NCBI GenBank assembly: GCA_031082205.1
Contig: JAVHLJ010000002.1
Coordinates: 12,557-76,556 of the forward strand
Direction of reading: 5' to 3'
From: Elusimicrobiales bacterium
Lineage (GTDB): Bacteria; Elusimicrobiota; Elusimicrobia; Elusimicrobiales; UBA9959
Length of the DNA stretch: 64,000 bases
Shown here: positions 26,630 through 35,029 of the stretch, one piece after another
Numbering within the stretch: position 1 is the stretch's first letter
Layout of the letters: the number at the start of each line of letters is the position of its first letter
Position numbers and translations under genes: made by a program
Notes under the pieces: model-generated
Seen by the model: the letters and a program-made list of their open reading frames with translations, nothing else
What the model was told of the DNA's origin: nothing
Databases searched by the model: none

Positions 26630-27724
26630 ATGGAAGAGAAAAAAGCGGCTAAGACCGTCGTCTCCGGCATGCGGCCAACCGGCCGCCTGCACCTGGGCAA
26701 TTACTGGGGCGCGCTGCGCAACTGGGTGGAGCTGCAGGACAAGTACCGCTGTTTCTTTTTCGTGGCCGACTGGCACGCCCTCACCACGGCCGAGGACACA
26801 GTGGGACTCCGCGACAATACCCGCCTGCTGGTGACCGACTGGCTGGCCGCCGGACTGGACCCGGAGAAGTGCGTCATATTCAGGCAGTCGGACGTCAAGG
26901 AGCACGCCGAACTGGCGCTCCTGATGGGCATGATGACCCCCATCAGCTGGCTGCTGCGCAACCCCACTTTCAAGGAGCAGCTGCAGGAGCTCTACAAGGC
27001 CCGCTACAAGGGGCAGGAAGACAAGATGAAGAAGGCCGAGGGCGTGACCAGGGCCCTCGCTGAAGCCCACGGCCACGAGGCCGACGACATGGCGCTGCAT
27101 TCCGACATGGCCACCTACGGCTTTCTCGGCTATCCCGTTCTGCAGGCCGCCGACATCGCCCTCTACGGCGCCGATTATGTCCCCGTAGGCAGGGACCAGC
27201 TGCCGCACCTCGAGCTGAGCCGCGAGATAGTCCGCCGCTTCAACCGGGCGGCCGGCAGGCCGGTGCTCGTCGAGCCCGAGCCGCTGCTGACCTCCTCCCC
27301 GATGGTGCCAGGCCTCGACGGCCGCAAGATGTCGAAGTCCTACGGCAACGCGATAGAGATAGGCGAAGACCCGAAGTCGGCCGAGGCCAAGATAAAGAAG
27401 ATGTTCACCGATCCTAAGAAGATAAAGGCCGACGACCCGGGCCATCCCGAGGGCTGCGTCGTCTGCGCCTTCCACAGGATCTACAACCCGGACTGGAAGG
27501 CCCGCGAAGAGGAGTGCCGCTCCGGCAAGGTCGGCTGCGGGACCTGCAAGAAGCAGCTCGCCGAGCTGATGGCGCCGTCGCTGTCCGACTTCAGGGCGCG
27601 CCGCGAGCCCTTCGAAAAGGACCCGGCCCTGGCCGACAGGATACTCGCCGCCGGCGCGGAGAAAGCGAAGGCCGCCGCCGCGGAGCTGATGGCGGGCGTG
27701 AACTCCGCGCTCAGGATAAAATGA
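26630..27724 (+). CDS. trpS: tryptophan--tRNA ligase
   Basis: GMRPTGRLHLGNYWGA (HIGH-like), KMSKS, and TrpRS blocks (VPVGRDQLPHLEL). Confidence 0.9.
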   Translation: MEEKKAAKTVVSGMRPTGRLHLGNYWGALRNWVELQDKYRCFFFVADWHALTTAEDTVGLRDNTRLLVTDWLAAGLDPEKCVIFRQSDVKEHAELALLMGMMTPISWLLRNPTFKEQLQELYKARYKGQEDKMKKAEGVTRALAEAHGHEADDMALHSDMATYGFLGYPVLQAADIALYGADYVPVGRDQLPHLELSREIVRRFNRAAGRPVLVEPEPLLTSSPMVPGLDGRKMSKSYGNAIEIGEDPKSAEAKIKKMFTDPKKIKADDPGHPEGCVVCAFHRIYNPDWKAREEECRSGKVGCGTCKKQLAELMAPSLSDFRARREPFEKDPALADRILAAGAEKAKAAAAELMAGVNSALRIK

Positions 27725-28479
27725 AAGAGCTCGACATACATCTCGACGTTTTCGAGGGGCCGATAGACCTCCTGATACACCTGATCAGGAAGAACAACCT
27801 CGACATCTACGATATACCGATAGCCCAGATAACCAGCGAGTACCTCGAATACCTCGACATCATGAAGAGCCTCAACCTCGAGATCGCCGGCGAGTTCCTC
27901 GTCATGGCCTCGACGCTGATGCAGATAAAGGCCAAGCTGCTGCTGCCGTCCCAGGTGGACAGCGAGACCGGGGAGAAGGGCCCCGACCCGCGCGGCAGGC
28001 TGGTCAACATGATCGAGGAGTACCAGCGCTACAAGGGGGCCTCGAAGTCGCTGGAGGAGCGCTTCGCCAGCTACAAGGACGTCTTCTACCGCGGCTCGCC
28101 CGTCTTCACCAACGAGGAGAAGTTCCTGGACCTCGAGTTCTTCGTTTTCGTCGAGGCGGTCAAGCGGGCCTTCGCGCGGCTGCCCGACGCCGTGGCCGTG
28201 GAAGGGGAGTCGTACCCGCTCGAGCCCCGCATCGACAAGATACTGGACCTTCTCGGCAAAAAAGAGTGGGTGCTGCTCGACGACGTTTTCGCCACCGAGA
28301 CCGCCAGGCAGGGCGTGATCACCTGTTTCATCGCCCTGCTGGAACTGGTCAAGCAGCGCCGCATCATGGCCAGGCAGGACGACGCCTGCGGCGAGGTGCG
28401 CATCTACCTGCGGCCCGAGCCGGCGGCGCCCGCCGCGGCGACCGAACAGCCCGCGCCGGGAGCTCCGGCCGGGGAATGA
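27721..28479 (+). CDS. scpA: segregation and condensation protein A
   Basis: ATGA overlap with the trpS stop. Block LDVFEGPIDLLIHLIRKNNLDIYDIPIAQIT is typical ScpA. Confidence 0.9.
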   Translation: MKELDIHLDVFEGPIDLLIHLIRKNNLDIYDIPIAQITSEYLEYLDIMKSLNLEIAGEFLVMASTLMQIKAKLLLPSQVDSETGEKGPDPRGRLVNMIEEYQRYKGASKSLEERFASYKDVFYRGSPVFTNEEKFLDLEFFVFVEAVKRAFARLPDAVAVEGESYPLEPRIDKILDLLGKKEWVLLDDVFATETARQGVITCFIALLELVKQRRIMARQDDACGEVRIYLRPEPAAPAAATEQPAPGAPAGE

Positions 28480-28486
28480 GGGATTT

Positions 28487-29269
28487 ATGGACGATACCCA
28501 GCTCAAGAGAGTGATAGAAACGCTGCTTTTCATAACCGACCACCCGCTGCCCGTCGAGCGTCTCGCCCAGGTCTGCGAGGTCAAGGACGAGGCCAGGATA
28601 TCGGCGGCCATAGCCGCCCTGCGCGAGGATTATGTCCGGGAAGGCCGGGCCCTGCGCGTGATGGAGGTCGCCGGCGGCTTCCAGCTGGGGACCGACCCGG
28701 ACCTGGGATTCTGGGTGCGCAAGCTCTACCACAGCCGCATGACCGTGCGCCTGTCCGCCGCCGCGCTCGAGACGCTCACCATCATCGCCTACAAACAGCC
28801 GATAACGCGCGCCGAGGTGGAAGCCGTCCGGGGCGTGGAGGTCATCGGCCCGCTGGAAACGCTCATAGAGCGCAAGCTCGTGACGGTCGTGGGCCGCAAG
28901 GAGACGGTCGGCCGCCCGCTGCTCTACGGCACCACCGACGAATTTTTGCGCCAGTTCGGCCTGTCCTCGCTGGACGCGCTGCCCAGGCTCGAGAGCATAG
29001 TCCCCGAGCCCAAAGAGGTGCCGGCCGACGCCGACGTGCAGCCCCCGCTGCCGCTGGAGGGGGATTTCCCGCTGCCCGTCCTGGAGAAGCCGGCCGAGGC
29101 CGACGAGGGGGCCGAGTTCGACTCTCCCGCGCCGCCGGCCTCAGGCGAGGCCGTCCTGCCGGCCGCCGCGGAGCCGGCCGCCGAGGCGGAGTCCGCCCCG
29201 GTCGAAGAGCCCGCCGAGCCGGTTCCCGCCGCGGAGGCGGAGGTCGCGGAGCCGAAGGACGGCGACTGA
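28487..29269 (+). CDS. scpB: segregation and condensation protein B with Pro/Ala/Glu-rich C-terminal tail
   Basis: Blocks IETLLFITDHPL.., AGGFQL.., LETLTIIAYKQPITRAEVE..RGV. Confidence 0.9.
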   Translation: MDDTQLKRVIETLLFITDHPLPVERLAQVCEVKDEARISAAIAALREDYVREGRALRVMEVAGGFQLGTDPDLGFWVRKLYHSRMTVRLSAAALETLTIIAYKQPITRAEVEAVRGVEVIGPLETLIERKLVTVVGRKETVGRPLLYGTTDEFLRQFGLSSLDALPRLESIVPEPKEVPADADVQPPLPLEGDFPLPVLEKPAEADEGAEFDSPAPPASGEAVLPAAAEPAAEAESAPVEEPAEPVPAAEAEVAEPKDGD

Positions 29270-29272
29270 CCC

Positions 29273-30265
29273 GTGCCTGAGATAAGAAAGGACCCCGTTT
29301 TCGGCCAGTGGGTGATAATCGCCTCCGAGCGGGGGCGCCGCCCCAACGAATTCGCCCTGCCGCCCGAGGCGGCCTCCACGGTGGTCTGCCCCTTCTGCCC
29401 CGGCCGCGAGGACCAGACGCCGCCGACCGTCTGCCAGTGTTCCGGCAGCGACGGCAAGTGGAAGATACGGGTCGTTTCCAATAAATTCCCCGCGCTGACG
29501 CCCGAGCCGCCCCCGCGCTGCTCCGAGACCGGCCCTTACCAGAGCGAGGAGGGCCTCGGCATACACGAGGTCATAATCGAGACCCCGGTCCACGACCTGC
29601 ACATGGACAGGATGGACGAGGCGGACCTGGCCGCCGTGCTGTCCACCTACGTCGAGAGGATACGCGAGCTCAAGAAGGACCCGCGCATCAAGTACGTGAT
29701 GATCTTCAAGAACCACGGCCGCAACGCCGGCGCCAGCCTCTCTCACCCGCATTCGCAGCTGGTCGGAATGCCGATGGTCCCGACCCGGCTGTCGCAGGAG
29801 ATAGAGGGCGCGGCCAAGTACATGTCGGAGAAAGGCTCCTGCGTGTACTGCGACATGGCCGCCGCCGAGCTGGAGGGCGGGCGCCGCCTGATACTGCGCG
29901 AGGGCCCGTTCGTCGCCATCGCCCCCTACGCCAGCCGTTTCTCTTTCGAGACCTGGATAATGCCCGTGGCTCACGCCAGCCATTTCGAGGATATCCCGCC
30001 CGCCGACATCCCCGCGCTGGCCGCGACGCTCAAAGAGGTGCTCTCGCGCCTCAATTCATCCGTCGAGGGCCTGGCCTACAACCTGATAATCCACACCACG
30101 CCGGTGCACGCGCCGCAGGCCGGACATTACCACTGGCACATAGAGATCATGCCCAAGCTGGCCCACGTGGCCGGCTTCGAATGGGGCACCGGGTTCTATA
30201 TCAACACCGTCTCGCCCGAGGAAGCGGCCGAGACGCTCCGCAGCGGAAAAAAACACAAAGGATGA
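29273..30265 (+). CDS. GalT-family (HIT branch) hexose-1-phosphate nucleotidyltransferase/phosphorylase
   Basis: GTG start. CPFCPG zinc motif. SHPHSQL (HxHxQ) active-site motif. Confidence 0.8.
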   Translation: MPEIRKDPVFGQWVIIASERGRRPNEFALPPEAASTVVCPFCPGREDQTPPTVCQCSGSDGKWKIRVVSNKFPALTPEPPPRCSETGPYQSEEGLGIHEVIIETPVHDLHMDRMDEADLAAVLSTYVERIRELKKDPRIKYVMIFKNHGRNAGASLSHPHSQLVGMPMVPTRLSQEIEGAAKYMSEKGSCVYCDMAAAELEGGRRLILREGPFVAIAPYASRFSFETWIMPVAHASHFEDIPPADIPALAATLKEVLSRLNSSVEGLAYNLIIHTTPVHAPQAGHYHWHIEIMPKLAHVAGFEWGTGFYINTVSPEEAAETLRSGKKHKG

Positions 30266-30269
30266 AGCC

Positions 30270-31727
30270 ATGAAGATACTGGTAGCCTCCAGCGAAGCTT
30301 TCCCTTTCTGCAAGACGGGCGGCCTGGGCGACGTGGCCGGGGCGCTGGCCCAGGTCTTCGCCCGAGCCGAGGGCAACGAGGTGGCGCTGTTCCTGCCGCG
30401 CTACCGCAACATAGGCGGCGGGGCCTTCTCGTTCAAGGCCGTGGGCGGCAATTTCTTCATCCCGATGGGCGGCCGCATGGAGACGGCCTCGCTGAGCCAC
30501 GTGCAGTGGGGCAAGGTCAGCGTGTATTTCGTCGAGAGCCAGAAGTATTTCGACCGGCCGGGCCTCTACCGCACGGCCCACGGCGATTTCGAGGACAACG
30601 ACGAAAGGTTCATCTTCTTCACGCGCGCCGTGCTCGAGGGCGCCAAGTTCATCGGCTTCAAGCCCGACGTGGTGCACTGCCACGACTGGCAGACCGGCCT
30701 GCTGCCGGCCTACCTGAAGACCTCCTACAGGATAGACTCGTTCTACGCCAAGACGGCGACGGTCTTTACCATACACAATATCGCCTACCAGGGCATGTTC
30801 GGCCGCGACACCTTCCTGAAAGCCGGCTTCAGCTGGACCGACTTCACGCCGGAGAAGCTGGAATTCTACGGCGGGATAAACTTCCTCAAGGCAGGCATAG
30901 CGATGGCGGACACCGTGACCACGGTAAGCCCCACCTACGCCGCCGAGATACAGCACCTGCCCGATTTCGGCAAGGGCCTCGAGGGCGTCCTGCGCCACCG
31001 CTCGTCCGACCTGTTCGGCATCATCAACGGCATCGACGAGGAGATCTGGGACCCGGCCACCGACACCTTCATCGACCGCGGCTACGATTTCCGGAGCTAT
31101 ACGCGCGGCAAGGCGGCCTGCAAGAAGGCGCTGCAGGAGGAGTGCGGCCTGGAGCAGAACAAGGGCCTTGTGCTGGCGGGCGTGGTCTCGCGGCTCGACA
31201 GCCAGAAGGGGCTGGACCTGATACTGGAGACCGCCCCGGAGTTCCTGGAGCACATGCAGCTGGTGGTGCTGGGCGTGGGCGACCCCGGGCTGACCGAGGG
31301 TTTTAAGCGGCTGGCCGGGGCCAATCCCGGCCGGGTGCATTTCAAGCCGGGCTTCGACGAGGGCTTCGCCCACAAGATCTACGCCGGCTCCGATATATTC
31401 CTCATGCCTTCCCGGTTCGAGCCCTGCGGGCTGAGCCAGATGATCTCGATGCGCTACGGCTCGCTCCCGGTGGTGACCCGCACCGGCGGGCTGAAGGATA
31501 CCGTGAACTACAACGGGGAGCCCAAGGATTCCAACGGCTTCGCCATAGATTCCCCCGACGCGGGGCAGCTGAGGTCCATCCTCGGCCACATAGTCTCCAT
31601 GTTCAAGTGGCGCGACCTCTGGACCTCCATGGTCAAGAACGCGATGAAGGGCGACTATTCCTGGAACCGCTCCGCGGCCGACTACCTCAGGCTCTTCAGC
31701 ATCGCCTGGCAGAAAAAGCAGCTGTAG
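30270..31727 (+). CDS. glgA: glycogen synthase
   Basis: SSEAFPFCKTGGLGDV N-terminus, 485 aa, blocks HCHDWQTGL and PSRFEPCGLSQM. Confidence 0.9.
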   Translation: MKILVASSEAFPFCKTGGLGDVAGALAQVFARAEGNEVALFLPRYRNIGGGAFSFKAVGGNFFIPMGGRMETASLSHVQWGKVSVYFVESQKYFDRPGLYRTAHGDFEDNDERFIFFTRAVLEGAKFIGFKPDVVHCHDWQTGLLPAYLKTSYRIDSFYAKTATVFTIHNIAYQGMFGRDTFLKAGFSWTDFTPEKLEFYGGINFLKAGIAMADTVTTVSPTYAAEIQHLPDFGKGLEGVLRHRSSDLFGIINGIDEEIWDPATDTFIDRGYDFRSYTRGKAACKKALQEECGLEQNKGLVLAGVVSRLDSQKGLDLILETAPEFLEHMQLVVLGVGDPGLTEGFKRLAGANPGRVHFKPGFDEGFAHKIYAGSDIFLMPSRFEPCGLSQMISMRYGSLPVVTRTGGLKDTVNYNGEPKDSNGFAIDSPDAGQLRSILGHIVSMFKWRDLWTSMVKNAMKGDYSWNRSAADYLRLFSIAWQKKQL

Positions 31728-31756
31728 AAATAATGGACAACTATTCCGGGTGCTGC

Positions 31757-31872
31757 CGGGGTGAGAGCACGCGAAACACGCGGTCTCGCGCATAGCGCTC
31801 GCCGCTCCTCACTCGGCCTTCGCGCTTGCGATGCTCCGGCCTCCGTGAAGGTTTCGCTAAGCTCTCACCCCG
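31757..31872. repeat. 116-nt long imperfect hairpin / inverted-repeat element
   Basis: CGGGGTGAGAGC (31757-31768) pairs with GCTCTCACCCCG (31861-31872). The stem extends inward with GCGAAAC/GTTTCGC and CACG/CGTG. Confidence 0.6.
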
Positions 31873-31974
31873 TCATCCCCCGGTTGTCTCCTTTATGCGA
31901 TACATACAGGGCCCAGGCATAAAATGGGCCTTTCGCTTCTGGCGGCTGAAGACGGTATAACCGATAATATAACG

Positions 31975-33318
31975 ATGGGTATGAACTACCTTAAGGGCCC
32001 CGTTTTCGCGCTGCTGCTGGCGGCGCTGCCTTTCACGGCTTCGGCCCAGCAGGCTCCCCCGCCGCTGCCGCCCATGCCCACTACCGGAGATATGGGGACC
32101 CTGCCTCCTCCTCCGCAGGTTCCCGCTCCCCCGCAGATAATAGGCGGCCCCGTGACGGGACCTGCCATTCCCCTGGAGCCCCCGCAGCCGGCGCAGCCGC
32201 TGCCGGGTCCGCAGTCCCCGGCGCAGCCCTCCCAGCCGGCGCCCGCAACGGAACCCGCCCAGGCCTCGACCGTACCGGTATCGGCCATACCCCCTTTCGC
32301 CTTCTCAGACCGGGCGGACGTGGAGGCCCTCATCGCTTCCGCGGTATATTCCTGCCGCGAGACCCTGGACGTGGCGGTCTACGGCTTTACCCTGCCGCGG
32401 GCGGCGGCCGCCATACTCGACGCCCATAAGCGCGGCGTCCGGGTGCGCGTCATCTCCAACGAGACCCACGCCCTCGGCTCCAAGGTAAGCCCGGAGCTCA
32501 GGTCGCTGATGGCGGCGGGGGTGGAGGTCCGGACTCTCCGCGGCGCCGGCTCTTACGGCATCATGCACAACAAGCTCGGGATCTACGACGGCAGGATGGT
32601 CTCGGCGGGCTCCTTCAACTGGGCGGTGACGGCGGATTCGTCGAACCATGAGAACATCGTTTTCATCAGGGAAGAGAATACCGTCGACGGCTACGCGAAG
32701 TATTTCGACTGGATGTGGCGGTTCACGCGCTCCCCGGAGGACGGGCCCGGGCCGGCCTATTCCCAGTCACATTTCGGCCCTCCGCCCGAGGACCGCTCCC
32801 GGCCCGTCTATTTCAACGGCGCCATGCTTCCCGGCTATTCTTTTTCGCCGGCCGGCCGCACGGAGGAGGACCTTGTCACGGCCGCGCGTTTCGCCAGGCG
32901 AAGCATAAAGGCGGCCGTCTTCAGCTTCTACTCGTCGACGGTGGGACAGGCCCTGGTGGAAGCCCGGAAGAGGGGCGTGGACGTGGAGGTGGTCACCGAC
33001 CGCGTGCAGGCCAGCCAGTCGCATATGACAGGCTACCTCGCGGAGAACGGCGTCAAGTTCCGCTGGTCGCGCGGCCAGGACGGCCGCGGCGTCATGCATC
33101 ACAAATACGCGGTCTTCGACGGGAAGCTGCTGATGACGGGATCTTTCAACTGGTCGGTGAACGCCCAGTCCAACAATTTCGAGAACATGTATTACACCGC
33201 CGCACCGGAGTACGTCTCGGCGTTCTCCGGTCATTTCGACCAGGTCTTCGGTTCCGCGGTCGTTCCCTCCGCGGAGGACATGCAGTCCCTGTCCTCCCAG
33301 TCCCCGCAGGAAGAATAG
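31975..33318 (+). CDS. secreted phospholipase D/nuclease-family protein (two HKD motifs) with Pro-rich N-terminal linker
   Basis: Signal peptide (start ATG 31975 or 31981; the track ORF starts at 31924). Pro-rich segment. HKD motifs MHNKLGIYDG...GSFNW and MHHKYAVFDG...GSFNWS..A...N.EN. Confidence 0.8.
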   Translation: MGMNYLKGPVFALLLAALPFTASAQQAPPPLPPMPTTGDMGTLPPPPQVPAPPQIIGGPVTGPAIPLEPPQPAQPLPGPQSPAQPSQPAPATEPAQASTVPVSAIPPFAFSDRADVEALIASAVYSCRETLDVAVYGFTLPRAAAAILDAHKRGVRVRVISNETHALGSKVSPELRSLMAAGVEVRTLRGAGSYGIMHNKLGIYDGRMVSAGSFNWAVTADSSNHENIVFIREENTVDGYAKYFDWMWRFTRSPEDGPGPAYSQSHFGPPPEDRSRPVYFNGAMLPGYSFSPAGRTEEDLVTAARFARRSIKAAVFSFYSSTVGQALVEARKRGVDVEVVTDRVQASQSHMTGYLAENGVKFRWSRGQDGRGVMHHKYAVFDGKLLMTGSFNWSVNAQSNNFENMYYTAAPEYVSAFSGHFDQVFGSAVVPSAEDMQSLSSQSPQEE

Positions 33319-33321
33319 CGC

Positions 33322-34851
33322 CTAGCCAGCCGGCGGCAGCAGCACCCTGAAGGCGGCGCCTTCTCCGGGCCGGCTTTCCACCGATATCTCGCCGCCCGCT
33401 TCCTCCACTATGGTCTTAACTATGTGCAGGCCCAGGCCCGTACCCCGTCCTTCGGCCTTGGTCGAGAAGAAGGGTTCGAAGATCCTGCCCAGGTCCTCCG
33501 GTTTTATGCCGGGCCCGTTGTCCGAGACCTCAAGCACCGAGCCTCCTCCGGCCGCGGCCGGCCTCAGCGAGACCCGGACCTCTCCTCCCGCGCCCGCCGA
33601 ATGCCGGGCGTTCATGACGAGGTTGAGCGCCACCTGCTTGAACTTCTCCGGCGTGAGCGCCACGTGCGGGGAGGGGGAGACCTCGTAAACGGTCTTCACC
33701 CTTTCCCCGGGAAGCCTGTCTATCATCAGCTTTATCTCCGACAGCGCCGCGGCCGGGTCGGCGGGGACGGTCTTCGCCTCCTGGCGCCGGGAGAACAGCA
33801 GCAGCTGCTTCACCAGCGCGCCCGCCTCGTCCGACATCCTCAGCACCTCTTTCAGCAGGGCCGGGTCCTCCGATGGCTTCATGTTCTCCATGAGGAGGTT
33901 TATCGAGCCCGTTATGACGGCCAGCAGGTTGTTGAAGTCGTGCGAGACCTGGCTCACCATCAGGCCGAGCGCCTCCAGTTTCTGGGTGCGCGCCAGCTGG
34001 ACCCGGGTCTCTCCCAGCTGGTCCGAGAGTACCGAGTTCCTGGCCGCCAGGGCGGCCACCGGAGCGAAGTCCCTGGCCTTGCGCAGGTCGTCCTCGCCGA
34101 AGGGCCGCGCGCCGGCGCGCCGCCCGGCGAAGACGAGGGCGAAGTCCCCGCCTTCGCCGGGCAGGGGAATGAAAAGAGCGGCCGCGATATCCCCGGCCCC
34201 GGGCGCGCCGGACAGCCCGGGCGCTCCGGCCGGTTCCGCCGCGAGGCAGTCCCCGTTCTTTTCCTTCAGCAGAGGCCTCGCCGCTTCGCAGAGTCCGAGG
34301 GCCGCCTTTTCCCCGTCCCCGGCGCCCAGGTGATAGTTCCTCGCGGGCGTCCAGGGCGACGCCGGCACCGACAGCAGGACCTCGTCCGCCGAGAAGAGGC
34401 GCGCGGCCGCCGCCAGTATGGCCCGCGCGGTCCCCTCGCCCCCGGCCCCGGTCATAGCGGCCCTCGCGATCTCGTCCAGCCGCCGCTTCTCCACGGCCCG
34501 CTCCGCGGCGGCTTCCAGCGCGTCTATCTGGAAAGGCTTCTTGAGGTAATCGGCGGCGCCCAGCCGCATGCTCTCCACGGCGGTCTCTATGGAGCCGTGG
34601 GCGGTCAGCATTATGACCGCCGTACGCGGGCAGTTCCTGCGGAGCTCGCGAAGAGTGGCCAGTCCGTCCATGCCGGGCATCATGAGGTCGAGGAATACGA
34701 GGTCGAAATCGCCGGCCCCCGCCAGGGCGACGCCCTCCTCGCCTGACGAGGCCGAGGAGGCGCCGAAGCCGGCCCGCTCCAGCGCGAGGGTCACCAGGCC
34801 CAGCAGGTCCTCGTCGTCGTCTATGACCAGCACTTTCCCTTTCTCCGCCAT
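33322..34851 (-). CDS. hybrid receiver-histidine kinase
   Basis: Internal ATG (MAEKGKVLVIDDD). Receiver motifs (DLVFLDLMMPGMDG, MLTAHG, KP). H-box SHDFNNLL. G-boxes DNGPGI / GTGLGLHIV. Confidence 0.85.
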   Translation of the reverse strand: MAEKGKVLVIDDDEDLLGLVTLALERAGFGASSASSGEEGVALAGAGDFDLVFLDLMMPGMDGLATLRELRRNCPRTAVIMLTAHGSIETAVESMRLGAADYLKKPFQIDALEAAAERAVEKRRLDEIARAAMTGAGGEGTARAILAAAARLFSADEVLLSVPASPWTPARNYHLGAGDGEKAALGLCEAARPLLKEKNGDCLAAEPAGAPGLSGAPGAGDIAAALFIPLPGEGGDFALVFAGRRAGARPFGEDDLRKARDFAPVAALAARNSVLSDQLGETRVQLARTQKLEALGLMVSQVSHDFNNLLAVITGSINLLMENMKPSEDPALLKEVLRMSDEAGALVKQLLLFSRRQEAKTVPADPAAALSEIKLMIDRLPGERVKTVYEVSPSPHVALTPEKFKQVALNLVMNARHSAGAGGEVRVSLRPAAAGGGSVLEVSDNGPGIKPEDLGRIFEPFFSTKAEGRGTGLGLHIVKTIVEEAGGEISVESRPGEGAAFRVLLPPAG

Positions 34852-35029
34852 ACCGCCCTCCGTACTCCGCAAGAACGGCCCGCCGTCCCCCGCCCGGTAT
34901 ATTATCGCAGTCACTGTTACGGCAAAAAGAAAATAAACGTCAAATATTGGTCAAATCCGCGCCGCCTGTGCCCAAAAAAAAGCCCTCCCCGCGGGGGGAG
35001 GGCTCCCTTGCCGTGCCGGGCGGGCGCCG

